From Verrucomicrobiota bacterium (lineage in GTDB: Bacteria > Verrucomicrobiota > Verrucomicrobiia > Limisphaerales > AAA164-E04): a stretch of 64,000 nucleotides of DNA. The translations under genes were made by a program, and so were the position numbers. The notes below the pieces were generated by a model. That model was not told the DNA's origin, ran no database searches, and saw only the letters and a program-made list of their open reading frames with translations. Numbering within the stretch: position 1 is the first letter of the stretch; each line of letters begins with the position of its first letter. Location: the NCBI GenBank assembly GCA_029247315.1, contig JAQWLM010000027.1, positions 13,113-77,112 of the forward strand, written 5' to 3'. Positions 19,428-28,225 of this stretch are shown here, piece after piece.

Positions 19428-21941
19428 TTAATGTTGAAACAGGAATTCTCGACTCGTCATCAAGGCCCAGAACAAGTCAGCGGCAGCGAGATGTTTTTCC
19501 TCAGGTGCTGTGGCTTTCAAAAGAGTTGAATGTGCCTTTATTTCATGGTGACTCGGCTGGCGGGAAAGACACCAGAGATAGGCTTGTGTGATGAAATCCT
19601 CATCCGAAGCTGCATGTCTGAGGAGTTTTTGAACCCGGCTTTGGCTTTGATGAAGTTTGTCGTTGATAGCTCCTCCGTTGGAAAGATGGAGTACTTGAAC
19701 CATGCTGGGTTGATTCGATCGCTCGCATGCACATGTAATGGCCCGCTCGTTGCGGCCGAAGGTTTTCAGAAAATACGAAGCCACCGCGGAATCGAACAAT
19801 TCAATCGCCCGGGTTCCTTTGGGGTAAAAATCTGTTTTCTCCAGGCTTCCATCTGTCAGGCTGGTTTGTTCGTAATCATCCGCTACATCGGTCACCGAGG
19901 CAATGGCGTCCTGCAACACCTCTGCCATCAAGCGCCTTGGGTAGTATCTTGTATAGTACCGTGATTCCGTTTTATTTTGTGGCAAGATGCGGCTTGATCG
20001 TTGATATGTTTCACTTTGAAGGATGACTTGCATCAGCGATTTCAAGTCATGTTCCTTTTGGATCAAGTAGTCGGAGAGGGCCGATAGCAAGGCTTCGCTG
20101 GAGGCTGGATTACTCACTCGAAGATCGTCAACGGGCTCGATCAACCCGGTCCCCAGCAGGGCTGCCCAGATGCGATTAACCACGGAGCGAGTAAAATACG
20201 GGTTATCAGGGGAAGTGATCCAATCAGCCAAATGAGTGCGTCGATCCGACGGATCATCCATGCGCAGCGGGTCTGCGTCCAGTGGGGCCGGTGCCTGTGG
20301 TTTGCCTGAGCGGGGTTGGATGAGTTCGCCGCTTTTGGCTGCATAGAGGGTACGGCGGCCATCCCCACTTCGGGCATCACCTCCCCAGCCCTTGGCTCGA
20401 ACACGTGCAAAAAGGTTGGCAAAGGAATAGTATTGATTGTTGGTCCACTTTTCGAGCGGATGATTATGGCATTTGGCACAATTAATCGAAAGCCCAAGAA
20501 AAGCTTGGCTTACGTTTTCGGCCATGGTCTCGGGGGCCTGGTGCAGGGCATAAAAATTTGAGGCTCCCTGCTCCAGACTGTCTCCCTGGACGGTGAGGAC
20601 CTGGCGTACCCAATCATCCCAGGGTGTGTTGTGTCTTACATTTTCCCGAATCCAACTGTAGTAAGCCTTGATGGCTTTAGGACGCAACAGGCGACTGTTG
20701 ACAAGAAAGACATCTGACCATCGATAAGCCCAGTAATCCACAAAGGCCTCCGTTGCCAACAGACGATCAATGAGCTGATCACGCTTGTTAGGTGCTGTGG
20801 ACGCCAGAAAATCAAGTGTTTCGTGTGGCTCAGGCAGGCGTCCAATGGTGTCCAAATATACCCTGCGGATGAATTCACTGTCACTCGAACGTGGAGACGG
20901 TAGAAGGTGGAGTTTCCGTAGTTGTTCAAGGTTGATCTGATCAATAAAGTTGCGGACAGGCTGACGCGCGAGTTCAGGTGCAGAAATGTGCTGTGGGTAG
21001 GGTACTGTCACATGTGCAATGACTACCTGGCTGGAAAACCAGACGCTCACTGCACCTTCACCCGGGCCATGGACCTCCATCAGGCCTGTGCGGTCATTCA
21101 CACGAGCAATCGTCTCATCTACTGAGCTGAATCTTGCCCATTGCGTGACATCCTCCACCCTTCCATCGCTGTATGTGGCACGGACAAGAAGACGTTGTTG
21201 ATCGCCCTGGGTGAGGATGCTATGGGATGGCATGACTTCCAGATCGCTCAGTGTGGGTTCATCCGGTGGACTCGCAGGGGCTCCCTTTGCGATCCAATCA
21301 ACCAGGATGCGATAGTCGCGGGATCCTGGGTTGAGACGCTTCCCCCCTTTGTGTCGAAGGGCCATCGTGGGTTTGGTGACGAGGAGGCTGCGTTCAGGGG
21401 CCACGGACTCAATTCTTCTGCCAAGCGCCTCTCGAGTGATGCTTTGATGATCCTGATCTGGATCATATCCGCGTAGGCTCAAGCGGAAACCACCCTTTCC
21501 CGCCAAGGCTCCATGGCAGGCTCCTTGATTGCAGCCTGCTTTTGAAAAAACGGGAAGCACGTGTTGTTCAAAACTCCAGGGCTGTGATCTCTCATGCCCG
21601 GAAACGGTGGCAAGTATGCTCACCTCTCCTTTGCTCGTAAGGGCTCGGATTACAGCTTTTCCATCGGCCCTTCCGTGGAGGATGCCATGCTCATCAATGC
21701 GTGCCACTTCGGAATCCTCAGATATCCATTCCTGCACCAAGACCTCTCCTCGGGCGATGGTATCCTGCATTTGTACAACCATGAGGCGCTGTGATGCATT
21801 CGCACCTCGAAGCGCAATTTCCCTTGGTAGGATCTGCAAGCTTTCCTGTGCATGCGCCGTTCCATCACTCCATGCAAAAAGGGCTGCGATCATCAAGAGC
21901 AACGCATGCACAGGTTTTGTTCGTGATTGGGTCATGCTCAT
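19428..21941 (-). CDS. DUF1549 (PSCyt2) / DUF1553 (PSD1) domain protein with N-terminal Ig-like domain
   Basis: Signal peptide; a Big_2-like segment; GCNQGACHG; FIRRVYLDTIGRLPEPHE (DUF1549); CAKCHNHPLEKWTNNQYY; LADWITSPDNPYFTRSVVNRIWAALLGTGLIEPVDD (DUF1553). Confidence 0.85.
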   Translation of the reverse strand: MSMTQSRTKPVHALLLMIAALFAWSDGTAHAQESLQILPREIALRGANASQRLMVVQMQDTIARGEVLVQEWISEDSEVARIDEHGILHGRADGKAVIRALTSKGEVSILATVSGHERSQPWSFEQHVLPVFSKAGCNQGACHGALAGKGGFRLSLRGYDPDQDHQSITREALGRRIESVAPERSLLVTKPTMALRHKGGKRLNPGSRDYRILVDWIAKGAPASPPDEPTLSDLEVMPSHSILTQGDQQRLLVRATYSDGRVEDVTQWARFSSVDETIARVNDRTGLMEVHGPGEGAVSVWFSSQVVIAHVTVPYPQHISAPELARQPVRNFIDQINLEQLRKLHLLPSPRSSDSEFIRRVYLDTIGRLPEPHETLDFLASTAPNKRDQLIDRLLATEAFVDYWAYRWSDVFLVNSRLLRPKAIKAYYSWIRENVRHNTPWDDWVRQVLTVQGDSLEQGASNFYALHQAPETMAENVSQAFLGLSINCAKCHNHPLEKWTNNQYYSFANLFARVRAKGWGGDARSGDGRRTLYAAKSGELIQPRSGKPQAPAPLDADPLRMDDPSDRRTHLADWITSPDNPYFTRSVVNRIWAALLGTGLIEPVDDLRVSNPASSEALLSALSDYLIQKEHDLKSLMQVILQSETYQRSSRILPQNKTESRYYTRYYPRRLMAEVLQDAIASVTDVADDYEQTSLTDGSLEKTDFYPKGTRAIELFDSAVASYFLKTFGRNERAITCACERSNQPSMVQVLHLSNGGAINDKLHQSQSRVQKLLRHAASDEDFITQAYLWCLSRQPSHHEIKAHSTLLKATAPEEKHLAAADLFWALMTSREFLFQH

Positions 21942-23323
21942 GCAAATAGTTCCTTGATGGGTTGTCCGCCAATGTCCACCAGAGGGAAGGGGCGGCCTGA
22001 TGGTCCAGGTAGGTGTCCCTCGTGGTCAATGCCCAGGGAGTGGAAAATCGTGGCGACGACATCGGCAGGCTCCACAGGGCGCTCCGCAGGAAAACCGCCG
22101 ATAGGGTCGCTTGCACCCACGACGCGCCCCCCATGGGTGCCTCCGCCCGCGAAGGAAACGGTAAAACACTGAGGCCAATGATCACGTCCACCCGCAGGAT
22201 TGACCTTGGGGGTTCTGCCAAACTCACTCAGACAGGTGACCAAGGTGCTGTCGAGCATGCCACGCTGGTGAAGATCCTCGATGAGTGCAGAATAGGCCTG
22301 GTCATACATTGGCGCCACGATATTTTTCATGCCTTCGATGGACGTGAAGGGCTTTGATCCGTGAATGTCCCAGGTAATTTCATCGAAGACCGTCAGGAAG
22401 GTGTTGATAGTAATGAATCTTACGCCGTTTTCAATCAGACGCCTTGCCAATAAGCAACACTGACCAAATCGATTCATGCCGTAGCGTTCTCTGACTTTGA
22501 CGGGTTCCTCTGACAGGTTAAAGGCGGAGCGGGCTTTTTCGCTGCTCATCATGCGAAAGGCAGCTTGAAAATGATCGTCCATCAACCGGGCATCCTCGCT
22601 GGATTCAAAAGTTTCAAATGCCTGTTCCACAATATCTCTCATCTTGCGTCGGCGCTGCAGTCTCGTGCCGCTGATTTGATCGGGAGGCAGGAGATCAGGT
22701 ACTTTAAAATCTTTTTTTGAAGGGTCGGTCATGAGGGCAAAGGGGTCATGGGCTTTGCCTAAAAACCCCCCGGCTTGCCCATTTGGAAGATTACCGCCCC
22801 CGCGGCCCATGGGTTCCGGTAAGACGACAAAAGGGGGTAAATCCGTTTTCCGGCCGCGTAGATGGCTGACGACCGCCCCGGCATGAGGGGTCTGAATGCC
22901 CCCCGTAAAGCGTCGACCTGTCTGGAGGATCTGCCATCCGGCGTCGTGCACCGCAGCTCCACTGTGATGCACGGATCGAACCAGTGAGAATTTGTCCGCA
23001 ATCGCTGCATGGCGCGGTAATATTTCGGAAATATCAATGTCCTGAGACTTGGTCCGTATGGGTTTAAATGGGCCCCTTACCTCGCGCGCCGCATCCGGTT
23101 TCATATCCCATAAATCCACATGACTGGGGCCTCCAAGGTTAAAGATCATGATGCAGGAATGATCTTCACGGGACTTTGATACGGCGTTTGCTTCCCTCGC
23201 CGCGCAGTATTGGGGAAGCGACAAGCCGATGGCACCCAACGCGCCAATTTGAAGGAACTCGCGCCGCTTGAGGTGACTTCCGCCACAAAGAGAGGCATTT
23301 TGATCGGCAAGGAAATCGAGCAT
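21938..23323 (-). CDS. DUF1501 domain protein (sulfatase/alkaline-phosphatase-like fold), Tat signal
   Basis: Twin-arginine motif KRREFLQIGALGAIGL; IMIFNLGGPSHVDLWDMKP; C-terminal GRDHWPQCF typical of DUF1501. Its stop overlaps the downstream start (ATGA at 21938-21941). Confidence 0.85.
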   Translation of the reverse strand: MLDFLADQNASLCGGSHLKRREFLQIGALGAIGLSLPQYCAAREANAVSKSREDHSCIMIFNLGGPSHVDLWDMKPDAAREVRGPFKPIRTKSQDIDISEILPRHAAIADKFSLVRSVHHSGAAVHDAGWQILQTGRRFTGGIQTPHAGAVVSHLRGRKTDLPPFVVLPEPMGRGGGNLPNGQAGGFLGKAHDPFALMTDPSKKDFKVPDLLPPDQISGTRLQRRRKMRDIVEQAFETFESSEDARLMDDHFQAAFRMMSSEKARSAFNLSEEPVKVRERYGMNRFGQCCLLARRLIENGVRFITINTFLTVFDEITWDIHGSKPFTSIEGMKNIVAPMYDQAYSALIEDLHQRGMLDSTLVTCLSEFGRTPKVNPAGGRDHWPQCFTVSFAGGGTHGGRVVGASDPIGGFPAERPVEPADVVATIFHSLGIDHEGHLPGPSGRPFPLVDIGGQPIKELFA

Positions 23324-23329
23324 TTAATG

Positions 23330-23358
23330 ACTTTAAACCCTGTGTATTGGATTGACAA
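23330..23358 (-). promoter_or_regulatory. promoter candidate for the DUF1501 operon, geometry compatible with a leaderless mRNA
   Basis: The minus strand reads TTGTCA-17 nt-TAAAGT, then 6 nt (CATTAA), then the DUF1501 ATG. Hexamer match only. Confidence 0.3.
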
Positions 23359-23424
23359 TCTCCAAGTGTGTGTCACTCGAAGGCTTAACTCCTGGCTCCT
23401 TGCTTTATCGCCAAGGGTGCTTCG

Positions 23425-24474
23425 ATGTTTGATTTTTCATGGTGGCAAGGTATAGTCGTGAGATTCATGCAACGCTTCATGTTATTTCTGTCCGTCTGTC
23501 TGCTGCACGGTGTTCCTCTGGAAGTCATCACCGCTGAGCCGATGAGAATTGGGATCATAGGCCTCGACACCTCCCACGTCGTTGCATTCACGCGCATCCT
23601 GAATGATCGCAGTTCCAAGGATCATGTTCCTGGAGGTCGTGTGGTTGCGGCCTTCAAGGGTGGCAGCGATGATGTGGTTTCAAGTTACACGCGTGTTGAC
23701 ACATTCACCAAACAGCTCAAGGACGATTATGGAGTTGAAATCGTGGACTCTATCGAGACCCTTTGCCTCAAGGTGGACGCGATTTTGCTTGAGTCGGTCG
23801 ATGGGCGGCCACATCTGGATCAGGCAAAACCCGTGATCGCCGCAGGTAAACCACTCTTCATCGACAAGCCAATGGCAGCTTCTTTGCAGGATGTGATCGA
23901 GATTTTTCGATTGGCCCACGAGGCCGGCGTTCCTTGTTTTTCGTCTTCATCGTTGAGGTATTACCCCAGCCTGCTTGCCCTTCAAAAGATGCCTATCGGT
24001 GAATTAAAAGGAGCTATTTCCTACGGGCCTTGCACCTTGGAACCCCACCACCCTGACCTGTTCTGGTATGGGGTTCATCCCTCTGAAGCCCTCTTTGCAG
24101 TCATGGGTACGGGATGTCAAACTGTTTCCAGGGTTCACAGCTCCTCTACGGATATTGTTTCTGGGGTCTGGAACAATGGCAATACAGGCGTCCTCTACGG
24201 CTTGCGAACGGGGCACGCCCGTTACAAGGTTACTCTTTTTGGCAGCGAGGGCATTGCTGAGCAGCAGGGTGGTGGCAACTACGTTCCGCTTGTTCGTGAA
24301 ATTATTCAATTTTTTCAAACCGGTCACCCACCTGTTTCGGTACGTGAAACTGTCGAACTTTTTGCCTTCATGCAAGCTGCCGACATCAGCAAGGCACAGC
24401 AAGGACGGAGTGTTGATATCCCGACTCTCATCAAGGCCCACGGCGGGGCGTGGCTTCTCAGCCCCTCTCCTTGA
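23425..24474 (+). CDS. Gfo/Idh/MocA-like oxidoreductase with N-terminal signal peptide
   Basis: Hydrophobic leader (FMLFLSVCLLHG), then MRIGIIGLDTSHVVAF (Rossmann) and PLFIDKPMA. The start may be an internal ATG (MQRFML...). Confidence 0.75.
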   Translation: MFDFSWWQGIVVRFMQRFMLFLSVCLLHGVPLEVITAEPMRIGIIGLDTSHVVAFTRILNDRSSKDHVPGGRVVAAFKGGSDDVVSSYTRVDTFTKQLKDDYGVEIVDSIETLCLKVDAILLESVDGRPHLDQAKPVIAAGKPLFIDKPMAASLQDVIEIFRLAHEAGVPCFSSSSLRYYPSLLALQKMPIGELKGAISYGPCTLEPHHPDLFWYGVHPSEALFAVMGTGCQTVSRVHSSSTDIVSGVWNNGNTGVLYGLRTGHARYKVTLFGSEGIAEQQGGGNYVPLVREIIQFFQTGHPPVSVRETVELFAFMQAADISKAQQGRSVDIPTLIKAHGGAWLLSPSP

Positions 24475-24537
24475 GAAGATGTCCAAACCCATGGTTGAAA
24501 CGGTTCTGATTTTTTTGCATGCCAGCCTCAATACATC

Positions 24538-25548
24538 ATGAAAAAAAACGATGACTTTTTGAAAGCCGGCAGGACTGGTTCCTGCCATGGTCAATGGGTT
24601 CCTCTTGGCATGTCGCTGGTATTAGCACTCTTTTACACGCCATTCATCCTTCACGCTCAAGATACTCTGGCCGATTTTGAGGCTACTCAGAGGCGTGTAC
24701 AGGCTGCCTTGAGCCAAGCCATGGCCTCGACCGTGGGCGTTGGTCAAGGGGGAAGCGGAGTGATTGTTTCAGCTGATGGACTTGTCTTGACGGCAGCCCA
24801 TGTCAGTGGCAGGCCCAACCGCAGGATCACCTGCAGAATGCCTGACGGACAGCGTGTACAGGCCGAGACTTTGGGACGTTTTGACTATGCCGATGCTGGA
24901 ATGATTCAGCTTCAGGGTGAAGGACCTTGGCCTCACAGTCCCCTCATGGAATCCATGCCTGCAGCCGTTGGGGATTGGTGTTTTGCACTGGGACATCCTG
25001 GGGGGTTTGATGAAGACCGAGGGGCTGTTCTGCGTGTTGGTAAGGTCATTTCCGTGCGCAGTGATTTCATCCGCACCGGTTGCGAATTGCTTCGAGGTGA
25101 TTCTGGAGGTCCTCTGTTCAACCTCCAAGGTGAGGTGATTGGTATTCATAGTCGCATAGGTGAACCCTTGGACGACAACTACCATGCACCGCTCAATGCC
25201 TTTCTCAAGATGTGGGATGAGTTGCTGGCAGGCGTATCCCTTCCTAACGTGGTTTCAGGACGCGACCGAGGATCTCTCGGCGTTGGGGTTGAATCGCATG
25301 CCCAGGGTGTGATGGTCAAGGAGGTGCGTGAGAACAGCGCAGCCGCAGCTGCCGGGTTTCGTGTCAGCGACATTATTCAAGCCATTGATGGTTTTGCCAT
25401 TGAGGACCGTTTTGAATTGCGGTGGGCCATTGGGAAAATGCGTGTCGGTGACAGTGTTCAAATCAAGTTTTTGCGCGATGGAAAACAGGAAACCCATACG
25501 GTCGAGCTGGGCAAATCGACGCGATGGCAACGACGGGGATCTTCATGA
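24538..25548 (+). CDS. HtrA/DegP-like trypsin-fold serine protease with C-terminal PDZ domain
   Basis: The catalytic triad contexts are intact: LTAAHV (His), DYADAGMIQL (Asp), GDSGGPLF (Ser). The PDZ domain is seen in GVMVKEVRENSAAAAAGFRVSDIIQAIDG. Confidence 0.8.
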   Translation: MKKNDDFLKAGRTGSCHGQWVPLGMSLVLALFYTPFILHAQDTLADFEATQRRVQAALSQAMASTVGVGQGGSGVIVSADGLVLTAAHVSGRPNRRITCRMPDGQRVQAETLGRFDYADAGMIQLQGEGPWPHSPLMESMPAAVGDWCFALGHPGGFDEDRGAVLRVGKVISVRSDFIRTGCELLRGDSGGPLFNLQGEVIGIHSRIGEPLDDNYHAPLNAFLKMWDELLAGVSLPNVVSGRDRGSLGVGVESHAQGVMVKEVRENSAAAAAGFRVSDIIQAIDGFAIEDRFELRWAIGKMRVGDSVQIKFLRDGKQETHTVELGKSTRWQRRGSS

Positions 25549-26918
25549 TCATTAAAAATTTCAGCACACTTTTTCTTTCCAGTTCCATGAGGATTTCATG
25601 CCTTGTGACACTGTCCCTGATCCTTGCATGGTCAGGTAATGCCGCTGAGCCCAGCGTGTTAAGCCGTGGCGAACGTTTGAACGGATGGAAGACGCGACCC
25701 CTGCTTGAACAGCATTGTCAGGAGATGTTCCTTTCCGTGGTTGAGATTCTTGACCAAGGTCATCAGGTTGCCCTTGGAACCATCCTATCGGAGGATGGAT
25801 TGATCGCTACCAAGGCCAGTGAATTTGGCGAATCGCTTGAGGTGAGGCTTCTGGATAACAGCGTTTATACTCCGGAAATGGTGAGCATTGATGTGGAAAA
25901 TGACTTTGCGCTTCTCAAAATTAAGGCCCGTGGTCTTCGTCCCGTCATATGGTCCGATGAAACACACGCATCCATGGGTAGCTGGGTAGTATCCCCTCAT
26001 GAAGATGAGTCCCAGGTACGTTTGGGTGTGGTGAGTGCTGCTGCCAGAGAGGTGACCAAGGCCCCGGGGGCGCTGGGGGTAACGTTGTCCAACGGGGCTG
26101 CTTTCTTTGCGGAGGATGAGGTGCTTGACATGACAGTTCTAGTCAAGCGATTGAAACAACCAGAAAGAAGCATCGATCGCTGGATGCGATCCCAGCTTTC
26201 CGAGGATTCAAAAACTTTGCTGAACCAAAGCGTGGGAGATTCGGCCGAACACTCCGTTATTTTCATGCCACTGCTAGGGGAAATGAATGCCCTGCTTGCA
26301 GGTCCCTTGATTTACGAGGAAAATCGCTTTGAGGGCCTTGTGCTGAGTGAGGAAACAGATGATCAGTTTTCGAGAAATTTTCGTGAAAGAAACGTGATGT
26401 TGTTAAATCGTCTCCTCATTGAGGATGTCTATCCGCAAGTTTTCATCCGTGGCAAGGCTGCATCGATGGCTAGAATACTTGAGGTAAGATCAGGCAGTGC
26501 CGCTGCACTCTCTGGGCTGCGAAAAGATGACCTGATCCAATCCATTCAGGCCTTGCCTACGTATGAATCCAGTGATGTGATTGAGATTATCCGCAAATAC
26601 GGGCCGGGTGAAACAGTGAAACTTGTCATTCAACGCGGGATGAGCCAAGTGGTTAAAAAGGTGCAACTCGGTTACTTCGACACCACCTTTCCGGACCTGG
26701 ACGCCAATATTGAGCTGAGTGGTGAAATATCACAGCGTCGTACTGGGTTTGACAGGATTATCCAGCATGATATTCCACTGCCACCCAAGGCCATGGGGGG
26801 ACCATTGATGACGCTCGATGCCAAGTTCATCGGAATCAACATCGCCCGCTATGATCGTGTTGCAACCTTTGCCTTGCCTGCTTCCCTTGTGCAGTCCCTG
26901 GTGTCCAAGATGAAGTAG
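25545..26918 (+). CDS. trypsin-fold/PDZ paralog lacking catalytic His and Ser (predicted pseudoprotease)
   Basis: It aligns by eye to the upstream protease. GLIATKASE replaces GLVLTAAHV (His->Ser). NDFALLKI keeps the Asp. KAMGGPLM replaces GDSGGPLF (Ser->Met). A PDZ domain plus about 200 aa is inserted between the barrels. The ATG at 25545 overlaps the upstream stop (ATGA). Confidence 0.7.
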   Translation: MIIKNFSTLFLSSSMRISCLVTLSLILAWSGNAAEPSVLSRGERLNGWKTRPLLEQHCQEMFLSVVEILDQGHQVALGTILSEDGLIATKASEFGESLEVRLLDNSVYTPEMVSIDVENDFALLKIKARGLRPVIWSDETHASMGSWVVSPHEDESQVRLGVVSAAAREVTKAPGALGVTLSNGAAFFAEDEVLDMTVLVKRLKQPERSIDRWMRSQLSEDSKTLLNQSVGDSAEHSVIFMPLLGEMNALLAGPLIYEENRFEGLVLSEETDDQFSRNFRERNVMLLNRLLIEDVYPQVFIRGKAASMARILEVRSGSAAALSGLRKDDLIQSIQALPTYESSDVIEIIRKYGPGETVKLVIQRGMSQVVKKVQLGYFDTTFPDLDANIELSGEISQRRTGFDRIIQHDIPLPPKAMGGPLMTLDAKFIGINIARYDRVATFALPASLVQSLVSKMK

Positions 26919-26955
26919 TTACCAGGTCCGGGGTATAATGGGTGTCCTGGAAGTG

Positions 26956-27378
26956 TCATCTAAGAAACGCACACCGAGGTCTTGCGCACCGCTTTTTTTT
27001 CAAGTGGAGGCGCATGGGATAAAAAAAGCTTAAACCAGCAAAAAACCGAAACTGGGAATCCAGTTCTCCAGTAACAAGGGCTGTGACATTGCCCATGGAA
27101 AGTGCGCGGCATTCATGGGACGTCTCATCCTCCGCATAAATGCCATGGGTAATCAATTGGGCCCGGTCAACCTGATAGGGCGTGGCGGTCCATTGTTCCC
27201 CTAAGTCACGATGTGACTTGGCCATCAGGCACACCGTCGTTGTCATGCCCAGAGATCCAAGGACGCCGCCCAGGGAATGGCCATCATGGTTTGCGGCCGA
27301 GAGCCAGTCAGTCAGGCAGCATATTGCCGGAAGCAGAGCCATTCCTGTGAACGAGAGAAGCATGCCCGGCAGTTTCAA
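26956..27378 (-). pseudogene. isoprenylcysteine carboxyl methyltransferase (ICMT/Ste14)-like gene, apparently frameshifted
   Basis: The ORF frame gives LITHGIY and then unrelated sequence. The +1 frame continues RRMRRPMNAAHFPWAMSQPLLLENWI, matching the family pattern GxYRxxRHPMY...Q.LLL.NW. A second shift occurs near a T-run (27020-27050). The key H and Y are substituted (RRPMN). Confidence 0.4.
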
Positions 27379-27400
27379 TATTCTGGTGGGCGAAGGTCAT

Positions 27401-28174
27401 TCATGCACGTGGGCCAAGGTTGGCACCTCCATCGCAGACAATCGTTTGGGCAGTGATCAGATCGGAACCAGTGATCAGCGAAACCACGGCTTCTGCAACA
27501 TCGTCTGGCGAACAGACCTTGCCCAGCAGCGCCTTGGATACATGCCTTGCTTTTGTAATTTCATAGTGTTCTTTCAAGCCTTTTTGGGTCCAGTCGTCAG
27601 CAATGAAACCCGGGGCAACTGAATTGACCCTTACGCTGGGGGCCAGGATTCTTGCCAGCGATAAGGTCATGTTGATCAAGGCGGCTTTGGAGGCGCAGTA
27701 GGCGAGGGAACTGCCATTGCCAATGATGCCTGCAATGCTTGTGATGTTGATCACCTCACCGCCGTCTTGAGCGGACTCAAGCCAGCTCTGAGCGGCACGG
27801 GTGCAGTAGAATGGACCCATCACATTGGTTTGCAGGACACGGTTCCAGTGTTCTTCTGTTAATTGATCAAGATCGGCAAATGGGAGAAAATCTGTTGTGG
27901 CGGCGTTGTTCACCAGAATGTCCAGTTGTCCCCATTGCTGAACACACTCCCGGATCAGCCGTTGGCAGTCCTTTTCCGATGCCACATCGGCCTGGACCAA
28001 TTGGCATGGCGTATCGTATGCCTTTATTTCCTTCAGAACGCCTTCAGCCTCTCCTTGCGATTGTCTGTAGTTCACCACAACCCTGCATCCCTTGGATGCA
28101 AGCTGAAGCGCTACCGATCTCCCGACACCTCGGCTTGAGCCGGTGACGATTGCTACCTTACCATTGACTTCCAT
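27401..28174 (-). CDS. SDR-family oxidoreductase (FabG-like)
   Basis: GKVAIVTGSSRGVGRS cofactor motif, NNAA, and the catalytic YCASKAAL (YxxxK). Confidence 0.9.
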   Translation of the reverse strand: MEVNGKVAIVTGSSRGVGRSVALQLASKGCRVVVNYRQSQGEAEGVLKEIKAYDTPCQLVQADVASEKDCQRLIRECVQQWGQLDILVNNAATTDFLPFADLDQLTEEHWNRVLQTNVMGPFYCTRAAQSWLESAQDGGEVINITSIAGIIGNGSSLAYCASKAALINMTLSLARILAPSVRVNSVAPGFIADDWTQKGLKEHYEITKARHVSKALLGKVCSPDDVAEAVVSLITGSDLITAQTIVCDGGANLGPRA

Positions 28175-28225
28175 GCCCTTTATTCTTGCTGGTCAGTGCG
28201 TGTTGACAATGATAATCATGGATGC

